From: Kiritimatiellia bacterium
GTDB taxonomy: Bacteria; Verrucomicrobiota; Kiritimatiellia; CAIVKH01
NCBI GenBank assembly: GCA_023953695.1
Contig: JAMLJG010000010.1
Location: 3,069-67,068 of the forward strand
Direction of reading: 5' to 3'
DNA: 64,000 bases
Every line of letters begins with the position of its first letter. The first letter of the stretch is position 1. The notes beneath the pieces are model-generated. The model saw nothing but the letters and a program-made list of their open reading frames with translations, had not been told where the DNA came from and did not search any database. Shown in pieces: positions 58,984 to 64,000 of the stretch. The translations under genes were made by a program, and so were the position numbers.

Positions 58984-59092
58984 TTCCAACGCTTGGAAAA
59001 ATCATCTACAACCCCTTCCAACCCTTGGAAAAAAGCCCGCCCTTTTTCCAACCCTTGGAACTCATTTCGCGCACGATTTCCAACCCTTGGAA
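58984..59092. repeat. array of four TTCCAA-N3-TTGGAA palindromes (58984, 59016, 59046, 59078; phases 32/30/32)
   Basis: Read directly. Lies between the stop of the S41-like gene (59114) and the ATG of the fusion gene (58973). Confidence 0.95.
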
Positions 59093-59113
59093 ATCCCGCG
59101 CCCCAAAACCAAA

Positions 59114-60460
59114 CTAATCCCCCGACAATACCGACCCCACGCCGATGTTCAAGGCTTTGAGCCCCAACAAAACATCCACCGCGCGCTGCAGCGCCGCATC
59201 CCCGCGAACCCGATCCCGCAGCGCCCGATCCGTCGCCTCCTCCGCCAACTTCGCCCGCCGATCCGGCCCCGGCTCCGGCTCAAAACCCAACGAATCACCC
59301 CGCCCCGAAATCAACACCGTCGGCGCCACCCCCGCATGCCCGTCATACACCGCGCCCCCACCCGACACCAACTGCCGCGTCGCAATATACAACCCCTGCC
59401 CATCCTCCAGCGGCACCACATCCCGAATCCCCGGATCCCCCGCCGTCTCCTGCCCAATCACCAACACCCCCCGCAACCGATCCTCCGCCGCCACCGCCAC
59501 CAACTCCGCCGCGCCCGACGTCTGCCCATCCACCAACACCATCAGCGGCAGCGAAATCGGCTCCCCCTCCCGCGCCTCATAATCCGCCAAATCCTTCCAC
59601 TCCCGATCCTTCATCGAAAACAACAGCGCCCCCGGCGCCGCAAACGGACTCGCCACCGCCACCGCGCTCTCCACATCCCCACCATCCGCGCCCCGCAAAT
59701 CCAACACACCCCCCGCCAAACCCGCCGCCGCCCACTCGCGCAACAAACCCACAATCGCCTTCCCCGAATCCGCCCCCTCCACCAACCCACTCACCTTCGC
59801 ATAGCCAATCTGCCGCGGCCACACCTCCGACAACTCCACCACCGGACGCGCCGACAACACCCGCTCCACAGACCCCGTCACCCACGCACCCCCGCGCTCC
59901 AACACCAACTCCACCAACCCCGCCTCGTGCCCGCGCAACAAACTCCACGCCCCGCCCAACGTCACATTCGTCACACTCGCCCCGCCAATCGAAAGCACCT
60001 GATCGCCCACCAACACCCCATTCGTAGCCGACCCCGACACCCCCACCACCACCGGCGTCGCATTCGACACCGTCAGCGTCAACCCCGGATAAAAATCGAG
60101 CCCCTTCCGCTCATTCTGAAAATGCTCAACCGCCCCCGCATCCAACACCCGCGCCGCAGGATCCGCCACCCGCGCAATACATTCATACAACGCCGAAAAA
60201 TCCGCCTGCCCCTCAAACCCAACCCCCCGCTCCGCCAACTTCGCCAAAAACCCCTCCACCGCCCCAACCATCGTCCCCTCCGGCGCAACCGTTGCCGCCG
60301 ACTCCGCCACCACCTCCGCAGCCTCCGCCACCGGCGTCACCGCTGGAGCCGACTCATCAACCGCTGCGGCAGACTCCTCCGCCCGAAGCGAAGAGACGGC
60401 AAAAAGCAAACTCGCAAAAACCGCGAGAGGAAAAGTGAAAAGGAAGCGAGGTTTTTTCAT
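59114..60460 (-). CDS. S41 (C-terminal processing peptidase)-like protein with PDZ domain, catalytic dyad apparently absent
   Basis: Signal peptide MKKPRFLFTFPLAVFASLLFAVSSLRA, PDZ-like VLVGDQVLSIGGASV, and S41-like block MVLVDGQTSGAAELVAVAAEDRLRGVLVIGQETAGDPG. ATGA overlap with the purD stop. Confidence 0.6.
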   Translation of the reverse strand: MKKPRFLFTFPLAVFASLLFAVSSLRAEESAAAVDESAPAVTPVAEAAEVVAESAATVAPEGTMVGAVEGFLAKLAERGVGFEGQADFSALYECIARVADPAARVLDAGAVEHFQNERKGLDFYPGLTLTVSNATPVVVGVSGSATNGVLVGDQVLSIGGASVTNVTLGGAWSLLRGHEAGLVELVLERGGAWVTGSVERVLSARPVVELSEVWPRQIGYAKVSGLVEGADSGKAIVGLLREWAAAGLAGGVLDLRGADGGDVESAVAVASPFAAPGALLFSMKDREWKDLADYEAREGEPISLPLMVLVDGQTSGAAELVAVAAEDRLRGVLVIGQETAGDPGIRDVVPLEDGQGLYIATRQLVSGGGAVYDGHAGVAPTVLISGRGDSLGFEPEPGPDRRAKLAEEATDRALRDRVRGDAALQRAVDVLLGLKALNIGVGSVLSGD

Positions 60461-61749
60461 GGCGTTGTCCGCGCAAGAGCGCGCCACGCAATATCCTTCC
60501 GATAGTGCGCATTGGCAAAATGAATCTTCGCAGCCGCCTCATAAACCCGCGCCACAGCCGACGGCAAATCCGACCCCGTCGCCGACACCCCCAACACGCG
60601 GCCGCCATCCGTCACCACCCGCTCCTCATCGCGCCGCGTTCCCGCGTGAAACACCACCGCCCCCGGCATCCGCCCCGCCTCCTCAAGCCCCGCAATCGCA
60701 TCCCCGCGCTCAAACGCCCCCGGATATCCACCCGCCGACATCACCACGCACACGCAAGCCCCATCCCTCCACCGCGCCGCCCCCTCGTCCAACACCCCAT
60801 CCGCACACGCATCCAACAGCGGCAACAAATCGCCCTCCAACCGAGGCAAAATCACCTGCGTCTCCGGATCCCCAAAGCGGCAATTGAACTCCAACACCTG
60901 CGGGCCACCCTTCGTCATCATCAGCCCCGCATAGAGCACCCCGCGATACTCAATCCCGCGACTCCGCAACTCCCGCAACGTCGGCTCAAACACCCGCGCG
61001 CGCACCACCGGCCACAAATCATCCGTCGCGATCGGCGCCGGAGAATACGCCCCCATCCCACCCGTATTCGGCCCCTTGTCACCATCGAAAATCCGCTTGT
61101 GATCCTGCGCCGATGGCAACATCACAATCCGTTCCCCATCCGTCAGCGCGAGAATCGAAACCTCCTCGCCTTCGAGAAACTCCTCAATCAACACCCGCGC
61201 CCCCGCGCTCCCAAACGCGCCGCGCACCATCGCCTCCTCAATCGCCGCCTCCGCCTGCTCCACAGCCGGACAAATCAGCACGCCCTTCCCCGCCGCCAAA
61301 CCGTCCGCCTTCACCACCATCGGCCCACTCAGCGAACGCGCATACGCGCGAGCCTCCTCCGGATCCGAAAACGTCCCCGCCCTCGCCGTCGGCACCCCCG
61401 CCTTCACCATCACATCCTTCGAGAAAACCTTGCTCCCCTCGATCTGCGCCGCAGCCTGATTCGGCCCAAACACCCGCAACCCCTTCTCCTGCAACCGGTC
61501 TGCCAACCCCGCGCACAACGGCGCCTCCGGCCCAATCACCGTCAAATGCGGCCGATGCTCAACCGCCCACGCCACCAGCGCATCCAAATCAATCGCCGGA
61601 ATATCCACATTCGTCGCCACCAGCGCCGTGCCCGCATTGCCCGGCGCACACACCACCCGAGGACGCGCGCTATCCTGCGCCAATTTCCACGCCAACGCGT
61701 GCTCCCGACCGCCGTTGCCAACAATCAAAATAAGAGGATTCGTACTCAT
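60457..61749 (-). CDS. purD: phosphoribosylamine--glycine ligase
   Basis: ILIVGNGGREHALAWKL, an ATP-grasp core, and NCRFGDPETQ. Start trimmed to MSTNPL at 61749. Confidence 0.95.
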   Translation of the reverse strand: MSTNPLILIVGNGGREHALAWKLAQDSARPRVVCAPGNAGTALVATNVDIPAIDLDALVAWAVEHRPHLTVIGPEAPLCAGLADRLQEKGLRVFGPNQAAAQIEGSKVFSKDVMVKAGVPTARAGTFSDPEEARAYARSLSGPMVVKADGLAAGKGVLICPAVEQAEAAIEEAMVRGAFGSAGARVLIEEFLEGEEVSILALTDGERIVMLPSAQDHKRIFDGDKGPNTGGMGAYSPAPIATDDLWPVVRARVFEPTLRELRSRGIEYRGVLYAGLMMTKGGPQVLEFNCRFGDPETQVILPRLEGDLLPLLDACADGVLDEGAARWRDGACVCVVMSAGGYPGAFERGDAIAGLEEAGRMPGAVVFHAGTRRDEERVVTDGGRVLGVSATGSDLPSAVARVYEAAAKIHFANAHYRKDIAWRALARTTP

Positions 61750-61845
61750 GAGGAACCGCGAGTGTAGAGAGCCAGCCTCCAAAAGACAGGAAAAATGAGG
61801 CGCAAAAGATGACGACTCACAACGCCCCGATAACGAGCCGCCCCC

Positions 61846-61888
61846 GCAAAAACAAACGCGCCCTCCCGCAACACAGCGAAAGGGCGCG
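61846..61888 (-). terminator. probable intrinsic terminator after the PA14 gene
   Basis: On the minus strand: 8-bp stem CGCGCCCT/AGGGCGCG with a 16-nt loop, followed directly by TTTGTTTTTG. Confidence 0.45.
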
Positions 61889-61916
61889 CAGCGCCATCCT
61901 CAAGGCTTCAACCCAC

Positions 61917-63080
61917 TCAGAAAATTGTGATTTCGACGTCCTCGTCTTCCTTCGACGTCGCGCGCGGCGCGGGTGTCTCATCGCGCCCCGAAGGCAGCTT
62001 GAACTGCGAGGGAACATGCCCCGCTTTGAACGACTTGAAGTCCTGCACCAACTCCGGAACCTGAATGCGCTCCAAATACCCCACGTCCGACTCCGCTATC
62101 ACCTTCTTGTAGTCCACCAAATGCGAGAACGGCTCGTTGCCCAACAGCGCCGGATTGCGCATCTTGCTGCGATTCACAAAACGACCGCCCTGCTGCTCGT
62201 TCCACTTCAGCAACTCGCGCGTCGAAATGCCGTCCGCCCACAGACAATCCACCGGCACCAACTGCTTCTGAATCCCCGCATCCTCGCTGCTCCACTCCAA
62301 CACGCTCACGGCGTGAACAAACACATCGCAAAACGCATACTTCACGTCATAGGAAATGCCCGCCAGCAGCTCGATCTCGATCCGATCCTCCTGCTCCTTG
62401 TGCTCCGTGAACTGATCCAACACCACCTTGTCGTTGATCCACAGCCGCGCCGCATCGTCGGACCGGAGATAGAGCGTGTAGTGCCCGCTGCGCCGGGGAA
62501 CAATGCGCCCCGTCCAAATCACCGAAAACAAATCCGACCGAATCTTCCCCGGCCACGGGCTGTTCTCGCCCCAGTTCTTGTTCAGCGTCTCGTCAATCCG
62601 CATCAACACCGGCCCCGTGAAATCCACCGAGTTGTAGTAGGACCCGAGCAATCCATTCTGCTTCGCGCGCGCGCCATAGCGCCCTTCCAGCGCGCCCATG
62701 GACTGCGAGTCGCCGCCCAACGCCTTGAAGGTGAGCGGCGAATCCGCGGAAAGCATCGTCGGCAGCTCATCCAGCAGCGACGCGGAGTCGGGCTGCACCT
62801 CGGCAAGCTGCTGCGCGACATCTTCGAGCAAAGGCGGCACGTCGGAATCGTCCGTCAACGCCTCATTCACATCCTGCAGCGGCTCCAGCGGCTCCAACTC
62901 TTTGATCTGATCCAAATCAATCTGCTCGTCCTGCGCCAGCTTCGTCTCCAAGTCCGGCGTCACACTGCTGGTGGAATACACCACAAAGTGAATCATCGCA
63001 TAGATCACCAGCACGTGGAGCAGAACCGACAGAAGGGGGCCGCCACTGCGAATTAGCTTTTGTCGAAGTTGTTTATTCAT
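61917..63080 (-). CDS. N-terminally membrane-anchored PA14 domain protein
   Basis: TM LLSVLLHVLVIYAMIHFVVY, an acidic linker, and PA14-like GLLGSYYNSVDFTG...FSVIWTGRIVPRRSGHYTLYLRSDDAARLWINDKVV. Confidence 0.75.
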   Translation of the reverse strand: MNKQLRQKLIRSGGPLLSVLLHVLVIYAMIHFVVYSTSSVTPDLETKLAQDEQIDLDQIKELEPLEPLQDVNEALTDDSDVPPLLEDVAQQLAEVQPDSASLLDELPTMLSADSPLTFKALGGDSQSMGALEGRYGARAKQNGLLGSYYNSVDFTGPVLMRIDETLNKNWGENSPWPGKIRSDLFSVIWTGRIVPRRSGHYTLYLRSDDAARLWINDKVVLDQFTEHKEQEDRIEIELLAGISYDVKYAFCDVFVHAVSVLEWSSEDAGIQKQLVPVDCLWADGISTRELLKWNEQQGGRFVNRSKMRNPALLGNEPFSHLVDYKKVIAESDVGYLERIQVPELVQDFKSFKAGHVPSQFKLPSGRDETPAPRATSKEDEDVEITIF

Positions 63081-63210
63081 CAGGAAGCTCGCGTTTGTGT
63101 ACCTTTAAGATAATTCAGCGCAAAAATCACTCCCAAAGTACCCAAAACCATCGGAGGTCGAAACTCGCTTTAGACTGGAGCCCGTCGCCCCGCCGAATTA
63201 TCGTCAAATC

Positions 63211-64000
63211 ATGCGCGAAAAATGCCTCATCGCAGCATTCCTGATCTCCGCAGGCCTCGCCACAGTGGCCCACGCGCAAATCGCCCGCGAAGCGTTCCGC
63301 TGGCGCGCCCCCCTGCAGCCGCCACTAGCGACTGGAACGCTCTATCGCGCCCAACTGGACCCCGCCATCTTCGATGGCTGCAGATCGTTTCCCACCGATA
63401 TGCGCCTCCTCGACGAGGACGGAAAGGATTGGCTCTTTTTCCCCTACACGCCAGAGGGCGCCGAACCCACCGTCCCCGTCGCCCTCAAGACACTGGACCC
63501 GCCCGCAGATCACGAGCTGCGCGGCGGCATCCAAACGCTCTTCTTCGACACGGGCTTTCGCTCCCAACCCCTGCGCCGCCTCACCATCGCGATCGAAACG
63601 CCCCAATTCACCCGCCCCATCAAAATATTCGGACGCGACTCGGCCACCAATCAGTGGCGCTGGATCGCCGATGGCGCCCTCCACCGAATGGATGGGCAGG
63701 AGCGCAACTTCGTCAATCTGCCGAACGCCGGCTTTCGCTTCCTCAAAGTCGAGGTCTTTAACTATGAGGAACCGGAAATCGCCGTCGCGCACGCCGAAGC
63801 GCTCGCCGAACCGCACTACATCATCTTCCTCCCCGCCAGCGAAAAGCGCGCGTGGCTCTATTTCGGAGCCGACCTCTTCACACTGCCCCGCTTCGAGCTG
63901 CGCCACTCGACCTCCCGCGAGCAAATCGCGAATGTCCTCCCCGCCTCGTTCGATAAACGCGAGCGAAACCCCTACCACATCAACCAGGAAATCTGGCGCT
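63211..64000 (+). CDS. secreted hypothetical protein, DUF3999-like N-terminal part (continues past window end)
   Basis: Frame is open from the ATG at 63211 to the window end, so it is missing from the ORF track. Signal peptide MREKCLIAAFLISAGLATVAHA. LYRAQLDPAIFDGCRSFPTDMRLLDEDGKDW resembles my recollection of DUF3999. The listed ORF 63222..63761 is a different frame. Confidence 0.55.
   Translation, partial: MREKCLIAAFLISAGLATVAHAQIAREAFRWRAPLQPPLATGTLYRAQLDPAIFDGCRSFPTDMRLLDEDGKDWLFFPYTPEGAEPTVPVALKTLDPPADHELRGGIQTLFFDTGFRSQPLRRLTIAIETPQFTRPIKIFGRDSATNQWRWIADGALHRMDGQERNFVNLPNAGFRFLKVEVFNYEEPEIAVAHAEALAEPHYIIFLPASEKRAWLYFGADLFTLPRFELRHSTSREQIANVLPASFDKRERNPYHINQEIWR

Noticed and set aside
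53669-60505. Plus-strand ORFs of 831, 674 and 665 aa (53669..56164, 57093..59117, 58508..60505)
   Set aside because: They are antisense to ntpA/ntpE, the glyA fusion and the S41-like gene. Their extreme Pro/Arg/His/Thr composition follows from the C-rich plus strand opposite purine-rich coding strands. They cross intergenic repeats.
63222-63761. 179-aa plus-strand ORF from the track (Arg/Pro-rich)
   Set aside because: It is in a different frame from the open, signal-peptide-bearing frame that starts at 63211 and runs to the window end. Its composition is typical of an off-frame artefact.
1-64000. Search for defence systems, toxin-antitoxin pairs, transposases, phage genes, rRNA and CRISPR
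   Set aside because: None of the credible CDSs shows nuclease/ATPase/methylase defence architectures, TA-sized gene pairs or mobile-element enzymes. The window reads as core chromosome, so I do not claim a novel protein-based system here.

Overview
GC-rich bacterial chromosomal segment. It is gene-dense, mostly minus-strand coded, and dominated by housekeeping and core-metabolism genes. I see no rRNA, CRISPR array, integrase, transposase, prophage or recognisable defence system. The gene content suggests the PVC group, probably a Verrucomicrobiota/Opitutae-like organism, but this is inference only. That content includes an LL-DAP aminotransferase, a Minf_1886-type protein, a compact E-DUF2764-A-B-D-I-K V-type ATPase operon, and many genes without a Shine-Dalgarno site.

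Recognisable content, in window order:
- SAM methyltransferase, MGDG-synthase-like glycosyltransferase (GT), SulP transporter and priA.
- A divergent glucosylglycerate / mannosylglucosylglycerate-type compatible-solute cluster: GH13_18 phosphorylase, two GT-B glycosyltransferases, gpgS, a HAD protein and a degenerate M20-like protein.
- TerC and LysM proteins, then prpC-prpB next to a dihydropyrimidinase and an isochorismatase-family hydrolase.
- tRNA-Ser, a HIT protein, an M16 peptidase, and a tandem hsp20 pair behind a good sigma-54 promoter match.
- alaS, proBA, tRNA-Asp, potABCD and dapL.
- The V-ATPase operon, a three-domain LMW-PTP/RpiB/SHMT fusion gene, an S41-like protein, purD and a PA14 protein.
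- Two edge-truncated CDSs that the ORF track misses.

The most unusual signal is non-coding. There are 14 copies of the 15-bp palindrome TTCCAA-N3-TTGGAA, all intergenic, arranged as 7 tandem pairs with an exact 32-bp start-to-start phase and non-conserved 17-nt spacers.

The very long plus-strand ORFs (up to 1067 aa) are antisense shadow ORFs of a GC-rich genome and are rejected. The ORF track uses GTG/TTG as Met, so several starts were trimmed.
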